From positions 116,188,001 through 116,252,000 of the forward strand of contig OZ024742.1 of assembly GCA_964016885.1 (NCBI GenBank): a DNA stretch of 64,000 bases, in the 5' to 3' direction. The notes below the pieces were generated by a model. It searched no databases. It had not been told where the DNA came from and saw only the letters and a program-made list of their open reading frames with translations. Made by a program: the position numbers and the translations under genes. Positions 1-14,082 of this stretch are shown here, in pieces (the first letter of the stretch is position 1; every line of letters starts with the position of its first letter). The stretch comes from Eledone cirrhosa (lineage: Eukaryota).

Positions 1-1078
1 CCTGGTTCCATAAACTTTCCAAAAACTATATTTATCCTATTAACTCTTTTAACTTTACTTCTCTTTGATCGCGTAATCCGTATTTCGATCCGTACCCTAC
101 TTCTGTTGATAAAGCTGCAACAATATTTTGGTGTCTGTCTGTTTGGTGAGGAGGTAGATGGAAGCGAGCAGTTTAAAGAATATGGGTGACTTGATGTGAA
201 AGAAGAATAATGATTTCAAAGAATGTTGGGGAGGGAATGGAATCAGTCAAAGAAAAAAATTATTTAAAATTTGAAGAGAGAAATATTGATTTTTTATTTA
301 CGCACGAGATCAGCAAATTTGTAGCAAGGGCAAATGAACCCAGTAACTTCACTGGTATTTTATTTCATCGACCCCGGAAGGATGACCTCGGCGAGATTTG
401 AACTCAGAAACTAAAGAACCAGAACAAATACCACAATGGCATGTTTCTCGATACTCCACCAATTTTGCCCAATTCACAACCTTTGAAGAAAGAAATATTG
501 ACATAGTAATGTCAGAATGAAACATACAAAACAATAGAATGAAACGGAGGAGTTTTGTTGAATCGTGTGAGATAAGGAAACAATAAATGAAAACAACGAA
601 ACAAAAAGAAACAGCAACAACAAGAACAATAATGCTTTCTAATTGAGGCACAAGGTCATTAAGTTTGAAGGGAGGAGAAAGTTGATTATATTGACAACAA
701 TACTCGAGCAATACTATATATATCAACCCCGGAATGATGAGGTGTAATGGTTATCCAAGACAGGATTTGCTCACAATCTACTTTAATTAAAAATACTCAC
801 TAATTTAGACATGTGGAAAATATAGGGTTCAATTCCTGATAGCGGCTGATGGCAACTCCTTTTTTCCGTCTTTTAAGGGTGTTCGCCCTATTTTATAAGC
901 TAGGTTACAGCATTTCTGCGCTTGAACACTAACTTTATACTTATATATACATATATTCTTAGTTCTTCAAAAAGCCGAAAAATGTGCTTCGTATATTATA
1001 TATATATATATATATAAAGTAATACAATCTTAATTTAAAACAAATCAAGAAGAAAACCTTTAACCTGATATATATATG

Positions 1079-1556
1079 TGGGATTTGAGCTCAGATCATA
1101 AAGAGCCGTAACTCTATGTTGCAAAGCATGTCGTCCGACCCTCTACCGATACTGCCAATCCACCTTGGATTGGCAGTATCGGAAGAGCGTCAGACGCAAT
1201 GCTTGGTAGCATAGAGTTATGACCCTTTACGTTCTGAGTTCAAATCCCACCGAGGCTAACTTTGTCTTTCATCCTTACAGGTTCGATAAAACAAAGTACC
1301 AGTAATGCACTGGGATAATTGCTGGCCTTGCGCCAAAAGTAGAAACAATTATTATTAATAATAATAATTGTTTCTACTTTTGGCACAAGGCCAGCAATTA
1401 CTCAGTGCATTACTGGTACTTTATTTTTTCGACCCCGTAAGGTTGAAAGGCAAAGTTGACCTCGGTGGGATTTAAACTCAGAATGGAAAGGGCCGTAACT
1501 CTATGCGTCAAAGCATGACGTCCGACCCTCTACCGATTCTGCCAATCCACCGCCCT
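1079..1556. mobile_element. Three SINE copies in alternating orientation (-,+,-)
   Basis: 1079-1163 (-, head part only), 1166-1355 (+), 1365-1556 (-): head-to-head then tail-to-tail. Confidence 0.9.
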
Positions 1557-1996
1557 TATTATTAATAATAATAATAATAATAATTGTTTCTTTCTTAAGC
1601 ATATTTCTTTAAATATAGAAAAAACAAAACATTACGGACAACCCAGAAGAAAACTTTGTGTGTGTGTGCATGTGTGTGTGTGTTTCTTGGCAGCAGTGTT
1701 TATTAAGAAACACAGTTGATCGGCATATTTATATGAAGTTTTATCAACAGTATATTTCTGGCTTGGCACGAAGTAGGTAGTGATAAAATATAAAAGTATG
1801 AAGTCTTTTATTTTACGTTTTCTCTACTTCTGTCCCTTGTAAAATATTAAACTGTAAAACATTTACTGCATATAAACTGATAGCATATGGATGAATACAA
1901 TATATATATATGGAATTTGACTGACATCTTGGGTTAGCAAGAATAATATACTAATATAAAAACATTGTGTATTTGTCCGTCACACACCAAATATAA

Positions 1997-2090
1997 CTGA
2001 GTAAGGAAGGGGTGATTACATTGACTGAGGAAGCAAGTGGTGATAACTTCGGCTGAGGAAGGAAGGGATGATTACGTCGACTGAGGAAAG
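1997..2090 (+). repeat. 28-bp minisatellite, ~3.3 units
   Basis: CTGAG(G/T)AAG(G/C)AAG.G.TGAT.AC.T.G. repeated at 1997, 2025, 2053, 2081. Confidence 0.8.
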
Positions 2091-2600
2091 TGGGTGCCAG
2101 CGTTTAATATACGCCACACACGTGTGCCTAGATGTATGGCAAATTGGCTACAAATATTGGCTGTTCTGATTGTGTGAGTGAGTGTGTGTGTATGTGTGCT
2201 TGTGTAAATTATATTTATATATAGTATTTGTGTGAGTGTATATGTGTTTGTATGCGTTTATTGAAAAATATCCATAGACAATATCATTACAAACACACAT
2301 GCAATTACACATACATATATATATAAATAGACACACTTAGAAAAGATAAGTATTACATACACACACATCTATGTGATGACTGAGAAAGGAGGGAGAGGTG
2401 AGAAACTATAGATGTCCAGCGTTCTAAGATTCGTCACAGCTGTGTGTTTGTATGTTTGTATCACTTGTGTGAATGAACGCGAAGGAACCAACCAACAAAG
2501 AAACAAGCGTCGCGTTTTTATATTATGCATAGATTTTACAATTAGTCATCATTTTTGATATCATGAGGCAAGCTAGAAATAATAATAATAATAATAATAA

Positions 2601-2793
2601 TAATTGTTTCTACTTTTGGCACAAGGCCAGAAATTATCCTAGTACATTACTGGTGCTTTATTTTATCAACCCCATCAGGATTGAAGGCAAAGTTAACATC
2701 GGCGGGATTTGAACTCAAACCGTAAAGGGCCGTAATTCTAATCTTCAAAGAATGGCGTCCGAACCTCTACCGATTCTGCCAATCAACGGCTGT

Positions 2794-2858
<65 letters not shown>

Positions 2859-2937
2859 GATAATAATTGTTTCTACTTTAGGCACAAGGCCAGCAATTAC
2901 CCAGTGCATTAATGGTACTTTATTTTATCGACCCCGT
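2601..2937 (-). mobile_element. SINE (2601-2790) plus 3' fragment (2865-2937)
   Basis: Reverse-complement match to the SINE consensus; (AAT)n between. Confidence 0.9.
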
Positions 2938-2956
2938 AATGATAATAATAATAATG

Positions 2957-3891
2957 GTTTAAGACTAGGAAGCTATTGAATATCTACAACATGTTCCACA
3001 AGAGGAGTGGTGTCGATAGATTCTACCTGAGGAGATCTGAGGGTGGAAGAGGTCTTATCAGCAAAGAGGACTGTGTTCAGTTGGAGAAAATCAACCTACA
3101 CAAATACGTGACTGATAGTAGGGAGCCAATGCTCAGAATGGTACTGAAGGAGAGGACAATAGACCAGGGGATGTCCAAGGAGGAAATAACAACAAGGAGA
3201 AAGAGCAACCTTCATGAAAAATCCCTTCATAGTACCTTCTTTGAGAAAACTGAATTCAGAGATCCACAGGCATGGAACTGGTTGAAAAGAGGAGACCTTA
3301 AAAAGGCTACAGAAGGAATGCTAATGGCTGCGCAAGAGCAGGCCCTCAAAACGAAGTGGCTGAAACACCATATTTACAAGGAGGAGGCTAAACCACTGTG
3401 CAGGATCTGTGGAGAGAGAGAGGAGACTGGCTCACATTGTATCCGAGTGTAAACACCTAACCCAGACTCACTATAAAGGCTGGGGACATGATGTGATGGG
3501 CAGGGTGATCCACTGGCTCCTATGTGAAGTAAAGAATTTACCACATTCTGAGAAGTGGTATGAGCATAAGCCAGAGTTGGTGATAGAAAACGATCAGGTG
3601 AAGGTGCTGTGGGATTTTAGGATACAGACGGTCAAAAGGATTTGGAACTGCCATGAAGTCAAAGTGATCCCGATTGTCATAGGCGCATTAGGGACTATCT
3701 CAAAGAGTTTCCAGGGATGGTTAAAGAAAATTGGCCCCGCCCCGCTTTTTGGAACACTTCAAAAGGCATGCTTGCTGGGAACAGCAAAACCCCCCGTTAC
3801 GTCCTGAATATCTGAGGGTGCAGGTAGTGGCTTGATATTCATTTCAACAAACTTTCCAGTTAACCACCACAATGACTGAGACTCAAAGGAA
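2957..3891 (+). mobile_element. 5'-truncated R4/Dong-like (restriction-like endonuclease) LINE fragment
   Basis: DRFYLRRSEGGRGL, CRICGEREET..HIVSEC, VLWDFRIQT, PIVIGALG, LQKACLLGTA over two frames; the PD..D endonuclease core appears deleted; (AAT)n flanks. Confidence 0.85.
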
Positions 3892-3903
3892 AATAATAAT
3901 AAT

Positions 3904-4087
3904 AATTGTTTCTACTTTAGGCACAAGGCCAGCAATTACCCAGTGCATTACTGGTACTCTATTTTATCGACCCCGTAAGGATGAAAGGTAAAGTCAACCT
4001 CGGCGGGATTTGAACTCATATCGTAAAGGGACATAACTATGCTGGAAAGCATGGCGTCCGACCCTCTACCGATACTGCCAATCCACC
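3904..4087 (-). mobile_element. SINE, full length
   Basis: Reverse-complement match to the SINE consensus; further - copies at ~320-470, ~45840-45985, 48466-48642, 54826-54921, ~58360-58506. Confidence 0.9.
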
Positions 4088-4108
4088 AACAATAATAATA
4101 ATAATAAT

Positions 4109-7100
4109 GGTTTCTTTGTTGGCCACAAGGGCTGAGACAAAGAAAAACATTAGAGACGACACAGAACAGTACAGGGCGATAAAAAGTGGGTTTTGGTCGT
4201 GTAAATAGGTTATAACAAGATAGAAATCAGGATACAAATAAAAAAAATAGAAACAACAAACATTCCACAAAAAGGGGGAAACCTCCGAGGGTCACTCGTG
4301 GTGAAAACCACAGAAAAGCCCACGGATACCCTGGCCACCAGGGCAAGCGCCCTCTCACTTTTCCCACTCCTCAGTCTACAAGCGTATACTCAGAGCGGCC
4401 CCATTCACTCGAACCAGACTCGCCACTTTCACCCACCTGTCAACACACTTACGAGAAGATAGCACTTGCCTCTCCTCCTTGCCTCTTCAAGTGAAACTTC
4501 AAAAAGTTAATCAGGGATTGGCCGGAGAGGAAAGTGTCCGTCTTCAACCCTTTCAACCTTGTCCACCACACAATCTATTTCGCCATGGCCACCAGGCAGA
4601 TGAAAACTGCCTGTCCTTCCCCTTCTTTAAAGGAAGAGGGCGGGGCTAACTGCACATTGGACTCAGTCGATAAGCTGATCCGTCCTACACGTGAGAGCAG
4701 CTGTTCGACATAGCTCCACACGTCAGCAATCCTCGGGGACTGAACGAATGCGTACAGGACGGTTTCGTCGCCCTGCGCGCATCTCGGACAGGCTCGGCTG
4801 ACAGCACCTCCGTGCCTGTAGAGCTTATCCCGAACCGGCAACGCTCCCCGGTAGCACTGCCAGGCCAGGGATTTCTGGATGTTGTCCATAGGCCCGGGTG
4901 TGTAAGTTCTCTTAAAGAGAGCGAACAGCTGATCATCTTCGACGCCCAGGGTCTCCCCGAGAACGTGGTTGCTCTTTCCATCCACTAGCCGTCTAGAGAG
5001 TTCCACCGATACTAGTGCGCAGCTGGTAGAGGGTGGTGAGCGCTTGGAGACATCCAGCTTCCAATCGCTATCCCTCGGTCTTTTCCTGATCCAGGACTGT
5101 AGTTCCGTCATAAAGACGAGTTGTGGAAAAGCATCTGGCAAACGGCGACCACACCTGTTCACCGTCAAGGAAGCACCAGAGATGTCGCAGCCTTAGCGCA
5201 TGTGTGCGCATCATCAGCTACGGCATTCCTAGTCCTCCACGCAACGGGTATTGACAGCAAATGGATCGTCTAAACATGGGAGCATTTCCCTTCCACACAA
5301 AGCGGAAGAGAAGGCGCTCCATTTTGGTCAGAGTTGGGCGGGGGCAAGGTACGACGGTCAGGAGGTAGCAAATGACGGACGCTATGTACGCATTCCCCAC
5401 CTCCACCCGACTTTCAGAGACAGCCTCCTCTCGGCACATTTCTGGGTGAGAGAGGCCACCTTGCTCGTCACCTCGCTCCAGTTTTTCTCCATCTGGAGGT
5501 CCGGACCGAATCAGACCCCGAACAATTTAATCTGTCCTTTCGTCCAGCGCCCCACGATGCTGTCGGACGGCATGGGCTTGCCTCACCAGGTGCCGAGGTG
5601 CAAGCCCACTGACTTTTCCTGGTTTATCTTTGCTCCTGTCACCGCTTCGTATTCGACTACTTTAAATAGTGGACAACCTACACTAGCCTTATCTGTTTCC
5701 CTACAGAATACCCTATCTAAATACGATCTGGATGACCCGATGCGGTTTGTCCATGTCCACATTGGCACATTCGGATAATCTAGTCTATACCTGTCAGACG
5801 TGTGAGCAGGTTGTTGAGGCTTTTACACTCTCCTGCCCTGTCTAGTAGTCCCACATAATCCCAGCGTGCATGTAAGATACCGTTCCTGTCGCCCACTAAC
5901 ACTAAAGTGCGAGACGTTCCAAGAAAGGTCTCTAGAGGTCTAAAGAAATCTGGACGTCCTGCCCCTGTTGGGTCGTAGACGGCTACTAGCCTAAAAGCAT
6001 TGCCTTCGCTGCCGGTCACGACCAGCACCACCGACTTGCCTTCTGGGGCCAGGAAGATGGCCCGTATGGCGAGATCCAAGCTTCTCCGAAAAAGCACGGC
6101 GGTGTGGTTGTTGGTGTTGGTGATGCTTGTGGTGGTGCTGCTGATGGTATTGGTGTTGCTGCAAGTCTTCTTGCAGCCTTTACCCCTCTTTATCTGCCTT
6201 CGCTTTTGGAGGGTGAAGTAAAGGAATTTTTTGTTTTTCGTTTTTTTTTTGTGGCAAACCGTTTTCCACTTCCCTCCCGCCTCACACTCCATGTCAGACT
6301 ACGTGTGGTGGTGGTGGAGCTCCCTCCGGCGATTTTTACCGCCGGTGTAGCTACTGCGACTGTTGGTGTTGCCACGACTGCTGCCGCTGCTTTAGTTGTC
6401 CGTGGCCTTGTTATAGGTGCCACGGACGTTGCCATCCTACTCACCTTGGAAGGGTCTTCTGCCTCTATTGCCTGCCCTGCTCTTGAGACGTGGGAAGGAG
6501 TGAGGCCCTCATCTTGGATGTCTTCTGCGGGCAGAAGGCCCTGAGATGACCCTTCTGCCCACAGAGATAGCACTTTGGGCGCCTTCCTTCCACGCTTAAA
6601 GGGAGTTGCAGCCCTTCTTCGAGGTCTATGAGGTCTGGGATGGCCTCGATGAAATCCTGGTGAGTCTGTATTAGCATTTGCATGCCTATTCCTGACCAGT
6701 TCTCGCTTCCCATTCTCTGTATTTGCAGTATGCTGGTCTTCTCCTCGATTCCAGCAAGTACAGACGCGGTCAGCCAGGGTATGGGCACGTCGTGGGGGGG
6801 GGGGGGGGGGGGCTGGATCACTTTGATCCTCAGGCCTCAGTAGGAGGGCACCAAGACTATCTCCTCAATCTTTAGGGTTTCCAAAGAGTGAGACTTCGCC
6901 TCTTGGGGCGTGGCGAAAAGTACGTCTACTGTGGCGTACTTTTTGCCTCGGGTGATGTGGGCTTTGCGCGCCCAGACGCACCCCAATGCCTTTTGGGTTT
7001 CAACCTCCGTGGCTCTCTCCACCCAATGTGACATTTTGCTTACGGTGCGATAAGTCACCTTGCGCAGTTGCAGGTATTTGAAGAAATCGGGTGGAGGTTT

Positions 7101-7857
7101 CAAGGAAACTCTGTTGTCGTTTCTCGACACCATGGTTCTCGCGACTGCCATCTCCTCCTCCGTGACTAGCACTGTTTCTATATTTCGGACCACACCTGCG
7201 AAAGTAGTGGTCCCTTTTTCAGCGGCACCATCATTGCTGCCGCTACTGTTGCTACTGGTATTGTTATTGGTGCTGTTGCTGTTTCTACTACTACAAACGG
7301 CGTTGTTGGTGTTGTTGCTGTTATCACTGTTGTAGTTGTTTGTGTTTTTGGTGCCACCGTTGCTGTTGTTTTTGGTGTAATTTATATTGTTGCTGTTGCT
7401 GTTTTCGTTGTTTATTTTCTTGGTGGTAGTGGTAATATCGTTGTTGCATTTGTTATCATTTTTTTCTGTTGTCTGTGTTTTGGTTGACGCTGTTATTGTT
7501 GTAGTTGGTGTGGTAATTTTTTTCAAAATTAGTGGTCTCAGTGTTGTCTTTGTTCACGTTGTTTGTAGTGGTGTCTGTTGGAACAATTTTTGTAACTCTC
7601 CTCTCAACTTTTACGCCGTTGTCAGACGATAGCAGACATATTGCTGGCGTGCGTGGCTCAGAGATTTTTTTTTTTATAAAAAATTATTTTTTTTAAAAGT
7701 AAAATGTTCAAATGTTCAAAGTAAAATATTTGCCCTTCACAGGGCAAATCTAAGGGCTTATATCCCTTACACAACAAGAAATATTTAACAACAAATAATT
7801 TTAACAGGAAAATAAAGCGACTTACTGGGAGCGAGCAAAAACCTTCCGAACAGACCG
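4109..7857 (-). mobile_element. Degenerate Tx1/L1-clade LINE with large internal deletion
   Basis: ORF1 remnants (6837-7526, 6465-6821 with CCHC); EN remnants (FRLVAVY, RSYLDRV) joined directly to post-RT region (EYEAVTGAKIN, QKSLAWQCYRGALPVR) homologous to the 59-62 kb ORF2; (AAT)n on both sides. Confidence 0.92.
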
Positions 7858-7872
7858 ATAATAATAATAATA

Positions 7873-8485
7873 ATGAGAAACAAACCTACAAATATCAATG
7901 GATGCTAAGCTATTCACCATTCTAACATCAAAAAAGTACTTGAGAGTACGTGCTGTCTTAAAAACTGAGCATAGCTCGAAGAATAAACTATGTGACAAAA
8001 ATGTGCTTGTAATCCCAGTTGTCACCTAAAGTTTCAATATCATAAATCGGAACTGTATTTAAATAAAAAAAATGAACACGAAAATCAGGAAAAGTCTGAC
8101 CTGTAATAAAGTAAATACATCACACCAAAGGAGATGTGGATCGCCGCTATCTCCCTAGATAACACGGGAGTACAGGAACGATCCAGCTTGAACTGTCAAG
8201 TAAAATATCAATCATTGGACTTGTAAGTACCTTAAAACCAGAGATAACTAGATGACGAAAATGGTTGCAGTCCACGAATGGAAGATGTTATATTCAGCAG
8301 CAAAGGGAAGTAGTAAGTTTCTGGAAGAACTGGGAACACATTTTGAAAATGAAAGCTAGCCGCCAAGATGTTCATAATATTGCAAAAACATGAAGGTCAA
8401 CGGAGACTGTGCAATAGCAGTATGTTTTCCACAGGAAAGAACCTAATGTAGATCAAACACTCACCTATCAATGGCTGTGGGGTTC
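7873..8485 (+). mobile_element. Older R4/Dong-like LINE remnant
   Basis: Manual translation gives RVRAVLKTEHSSKNK, IPVVT*SFNIIN, HHTKGDVDRRYLPR, TYQWL, resembling the post-RT region of RLE LINEs; many stops/frameshifts. Confidence 0.6.
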
Positions 8486-9194
8486 TAATTTTATATTTCA
8501 CGGGAAATAATTATATATTTCACTGATTTATACAATTTTTTAAATTAAAATTTGATCGTTTCACGTTCAGTAACGTGCCACTCATTTTTACGATCGGCGT
8601 TAGACGGATAGATAGCGTCGGTGCTGTTTATATTTCAACATTTCTACAACTGTGTAGATTATATCTCATATATCCTTCCATATTTACGGTTCATAAACAT
8701 CAATTTTCAGAACCAGTTTCCACTAGTTTTTTTAGATTTTTTATTTGGTAATTTACGCTAAAAACCAGTAAGGTATATTTCGACATTTCACCAGAGCCGT
8801 GTAGAAAGTACGTAAGGCACGAAGGATTGTTCAAGTAAATTACCGAATCAACATACTAGATAAACAGTATGTCAACCTGTTTGCCTGATTGCATTGCAGA
8901 ACTTGCCTAGAAAACAAGTAAGCAAGCAGTCAGTGTACTTAATCTCTCTTACTGCTTAACTGTCAGTATTATTGCTTCTCTCTTTCTTTCGATTCGACAT
9001 CCCCCCCCCCCCCACACACACACCTCATATCACAGATTACGTGTCACTTAGACATTAGATGGTATAAAAACTTCTTCACGCGTACAGAAATGTTTGCAGT
9101 GTTTCCTTCGATTGCGTGTCTGGAAAAGTAAAAGTGTATATATATATACACACACAAACGCGTACACACATACACATACACACATACACACACA

Positions 9195-9240
<46 letters not shown>

Positions 9241-9847
9241 AACCCATAGTTGTATGTGTGTGTTCAGATTCAACGTTTTATTTGTTTAACACATATATCA
9301 GTTAATTTTATCCAATCAGAGCAAAATCTGAATGATTGCGCACGTAATTCACATTTGTGAGTTAGATGCCACTAATAGACTCAACATTTTTAATGCATTA
9401 GAAAATGTCTTTGATTTGAGGCAACTATATCAACTCTCTTCCACTACTCTTGGTCTCCCTGAAAAACAAAATTCTTTGGCCATTGTCCTAATTTCATCAT
9501 CATTATATTCATCATTCTTCTGTTACTCGTACACCTCTAGATTTCCCTGTTCCTTCACGCATATTAAGGTGGTAGTGTTGTGTGCCACTTCAACGAGAAT
9601 TTTCTTTATTAGAGTTTTGTTCGCTCTTCTTCCATTGTGTCTTAGATAATGGTTTTGAATGAGTGTGTAGAGTTAAACAAATCTGTACTAGGCGAGTTTT
9701 CCTTTTTTTCTTTCTTTCATTGAGTCCTTGCCTACCATAGCATAGCTATTGACCTTGTACTCTGTGTACGAGATGCATAGTAGCCTTCTGAAACAGCCAT
9801 TTTAAGCTAGTTTTTACAAAATGAAATGTTATTCATATATGATGTTA

Positions 9848-9892
<45 letters not shown>

Positions 9893-9925
9893 CTGATGGT
9901 AGCTATATATATATATATATGTATG

Positions 9926-10485
9926 TAGAATAACAGGAGGCTGGACTGGTGTAATTCCTTGAAAGGTTTATTATACTATGATTATTTCAATGACCGGGTT
10001 CAGTATGAATCCGGTGACATCATCAGGTATTCAGAATAAAACAAAAGAATATAATAGACAAAATCCATGGGGCTGAAAATCAGAGACATGAGAGCGACCG
10101 AACATTTAGAAGCTTCGACCCCAAGACTTAGGGGCGGCCGACCGAGGTAGAAACTGCTAAATGTTCGGTCGCTCTCATGTCTCTGATTTTCAGCCCCATG
10201 GATTTTGTCTATTATATTCTTTTGTTATATTCTGAATACCTGATGATGTCACCGGACTCATGCTGAACCCGGTCATTGAAATGGTCATAGTATAATAAAC
10301 CTTTCAAGGAATTACGCCAGTCCAGCCTCCTGTTATTCTATAATAATTAACTCCGTACTCGCACCACCAACTACACAAACGAAGACGGGTGAGTTGCATT
10401 ACGTTGAGTGCTCTCCATAATATTACATCGGGGTTGACCATACGGAATGACCAGTTCTATCCAGTGATGAACCAACAAACCTAAA

Positions 10486-10488
<3 letters not shown>
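9926..10488 (+). mobile_element. Foldback element A: ~184-bp inverted arms + ~148-bp tail, in (TA)n
   Basis: 9926-10109 is the reverse complement of 10157-10340 (6 mismatches); hammerhead-like core in arms; TA tracts on both sides. Confidence 0.85.
10236..10293 (+). ncRNA. Minimal type-I hammerhead-like motif (mirror copy on - strand at ~9973-10030)
   Basis: ATAC/GTAT stem I; CTGATGA 10240-46; stem II ACCGG..CCGGT with imperfect base; GAAA 10278-81; AT/AT stem III; AUA site. Confidence 0.6.
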
Positions 10489-10568
<80 letters not shown>

Positions 10569-12210
10569 CATCCTTCTTTTACAACAGCATGTACTATTAC
10601 ATTACAATACTAACAGCTAAAAAGCTAGCCAGAAAAATGGTCTACTCTCATGTGTGTAATAGAAAAATTGTATACACGCACAAGCCCCCCTCCCCCACAC
10701 TCACACAAAGTGTATCCTTCACCCCTCTTTCTACCCCTCTCCCCTCTCTCTCTCTCTCTCTCTCGATGAATGTACAGCAGGAAAGAAAAATGTAGTTAAG
10801 GAATGTTGTGATTATTGGAATAATTATGGTGTCCTGTAAAAAGACTATTTTCAAACGTCAAAGAGAGATATTTATGTAAAACACGACAAAACCAGATTGA
10901 TGTTTAATGGCGATATGGAACAGATTGGAATACATGATACACTCTGAAAATTGCTTTAATCTAATCTCTGTTAGAACGTGAAAATAAGGTGCAACAGTGG
11001 CATTACGCAGAAACTTCGCTGAACGTTTCGTTAATTATAATGCCAACTCTTTCAGTCTGCCATATCGTGTTGGGGTGTAGGAGAGTACTAAAGATATGAG
11101 CAGAAAGTTTTAACAAATCCCAAGTAATTAATTAAATAAATTATAGTTAAACTCTATATAGGTAAGCGAAATAACACATATAATATAGGGAGCGGAGAAT
11201 GTGTTTACAGATAGAGATAGAACGTAATAAGATTTATATCGAATATCAGTCTCGCCTCGACACTCTGCAAAAAGAACTTTCATTCGTGTGAACAGCGATT
11301 GGGGTAATCCATCCTTGTTTTTAGGTAGTTATTATTTTTATATTAAGACATTTGTGAAAGTATCTTCTAACTCTTTACATAATATAAATGACAAGTTTTC
11401 TCTCCATTAATGTAGTGTGTGGATTTTTTCCAGTGTCCTGCTCTAAGTTCAAATCATGCCGTTGTCAAATTTCACTATTATTCTCTCGAAGTCGATACAA
11501 ATAAATACCAGTCGAATAAAGGACATTGGTAGAATAGTTAGATTATCAGATAGCATGAATCAATATATTTATTTCGTGTCTTTGCATGCTAAGTAAATAT
11601 TACACTGTGGCCCATTTAGGTGTTACATTTAATGTTAACTGGTTTAGCAATATCACCTCGTCATTGGACGCTGTCACTGGGCATTTGTCTGAAGTGCCAT
11701 TTAGTAGGACTGAACCCAAAAACCACGTGTTGCAAAGCTAACACATTACCCACTCCCCAATGCTTGTTTATTTGTACATATCTTCTTTTTTTTTATTATA
11801 ATTAAAAACTGTCTAAAATTTGGTTTAAAATAATACCATGGATTCTTTCGACCGTTTTCGATTTAACTATGTATACTTTAAAATTATGAATTTCTGTGTT
11901 ACCAATCTAGTAACTTAATTTTCAGGTGAATAACTCCTACAAGAAATGAATGATTAAATAGAAAGATAACATCTACGTGACTAAACACTTCAGTCATTCC
12001 CTCTCTTTGTCTGTTGAAGGCATGTGCGATATTTTATGACTTGATTATCAATATTTATTTATGGTGGGGTCAAATTTATCTTGGAAAATGCCACTCGATA
12101 AACGTGGTAAAAAATACTGTGAATCCCTGGTATCGTGCATAGCAGAATAGTAGGGGCATTGAAAAACACACAAAAAACGAAAACACAATTGACTAACCTA
12201 TATATATATG

Positions 12211-12285
<75 letters not shown>

Positions 12286-12288
12286 CGC

Positions 12289-12333
<45 letters not shown>

Positions 12334-12769
12334 CAAAGCAAAGAAGGCTAAGGTAGTCATACGAGTACATTTTATACAAATACGTGTTTCTGTCGCAGCA
12401 TACAGATAGTGGAGGGTGTGGTGGAAGTTGTAGCAGTAGTGTATCTCGATGTCAATGAATTTATGCCTACTGAAAATATGTCGGTAGTGTGGCATGCTGC
12501 GTCGAACATTATCATTAGGTAAACCGTTCATCATTTTACAAAATAAACGTCTTTCGGGTTTAAATAACAACAAGTGCTTATTTCACAAACAAATATACAG
12601 TTTCTTGCTTGTACGCATATATGTGTACTGTGAGTACATACCATCATATATACAACTACTGTTTAAATATATAAAAAACAACATTCACCTAGAATACTTT
12701 AGATGATTCCATATTTTAAGGATGGCCATCAGCCAAAATAGAAAAGCCTACGTTTAGTATTGTCATGTC

Positions 12770-13250
12770 ACAACCAATCAATGAATACAATGACATGCCA
12801 TTCACCATAGGATCCTCCATCAAAATAACAACAGCCCAGATTGTCTCTAACAATCTGTAGTGTTGTTATTGCATTCTCTGTTGCTAGCCACGATATTATC
12901 CCATCCATAAGTGTTTATATTTGACGGTCTCTGCCCCATTTTCCTATTATACTTCCTGTTGTTAACTGCTATTCCAGCGGCTCTCTTCTTATATATCCAA
13001 ACAATTTCATTTGTTGTCTTGTTATGGAACATGCATTCAAAATATCCTTTGGGGACACCGTCTAATACATTCTAATGCTGTAATTAAAAGTAATATGTTA
13101 TTTTTTATGACAATCTTCTGACAATCATGATTTAATAAGAGAAGTGGGCTTCAAATAGCATGGGATTTGATGCATTATAACTGAGTAAAATCCGGAATGT
13201 TAGGAACTGGAGTAGTTTGAATGTCAGGGTCTACTATGTTCATAACTAAA
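12770..13250 (-). mobile_element. Highly degenerate APE-endonuclease remnant (RTE-like LINE?)
   Basis: Fragments TLNIQT-like, AAGIAVN, ATIISW-like in shifting frames; weak. Confidence 0.3.
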
Positions 13251-14028
13251 TGGAGACACGACAAAAATAGCGATAATTACAAGCTTTAGGAGAGCTGCTC
13301 TGATAAGGGCTGACCTGGTACTAAACTACAATAACAACATGACTGGATTTATGAGGTTTTCTCCCATCAGGGTTGGTCTGGTACTAAACAATAAGAACAA
13401 ACTAACTGACTTTATGAGTTTAATATAAACCTTAATCAACTTATCTCCTCTCATTATCGCTCCACTACAGTCTAATAGATCTGAAAAGCCAAAAGGCGCT
13501 GCTCTTTTTCGTTTCACTAATACGGATATCATCGTTTAATGCTATTATTTATCTATAATCTCTAAATCTACATTTCACGCAAACAATCACACAAACACAC
13601 ACTGAAATAAACAAACACACACACATACAACTGCAAACGTACATCCCCATACACAGACGATCTCTCACATACACACACTTGCTCACATTCACATACACAC
13701 ACTAACACTTGCTCACATACACAAATATATATGAGAACATAGGCCTACATATTATTCCTGCATGCTTACACCCAGACACACACACAACATACGCATAGAT
13801 TTGCATAGCTGTACAGTCATACACTTTCTAAACCATTTCACACGCAAACCACAGAACAGACACTCTCACATGCATCTATATGTGTGTGAAAATACATTTT
13901 CATATACAGCAATACTCATTCACTTACATGTACATATATATATATGAATACATGTCTGTAATAGTGAGTGTGTGTTCATATATGTGCATATGATTATGTG
14001 TTTGTATGTGTACATGCCAATGATTATG

Positions 14029-14082
<54 letters not shown>

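Noticed and set aside
1997-2090. Repeated CTGAGGA as hammerhead cores or a CRISPR-like array
   Set aside because: No stem II/GAAA/stem I arrangement and no unique spacers; plain minisatellite
9926-10340. A/G bias between arms (4 of 6 differences) as a footprint of ADAR-edited template
   Set aside because: Too few sites, one is explainable by CpG decay, and element F shows no such bias
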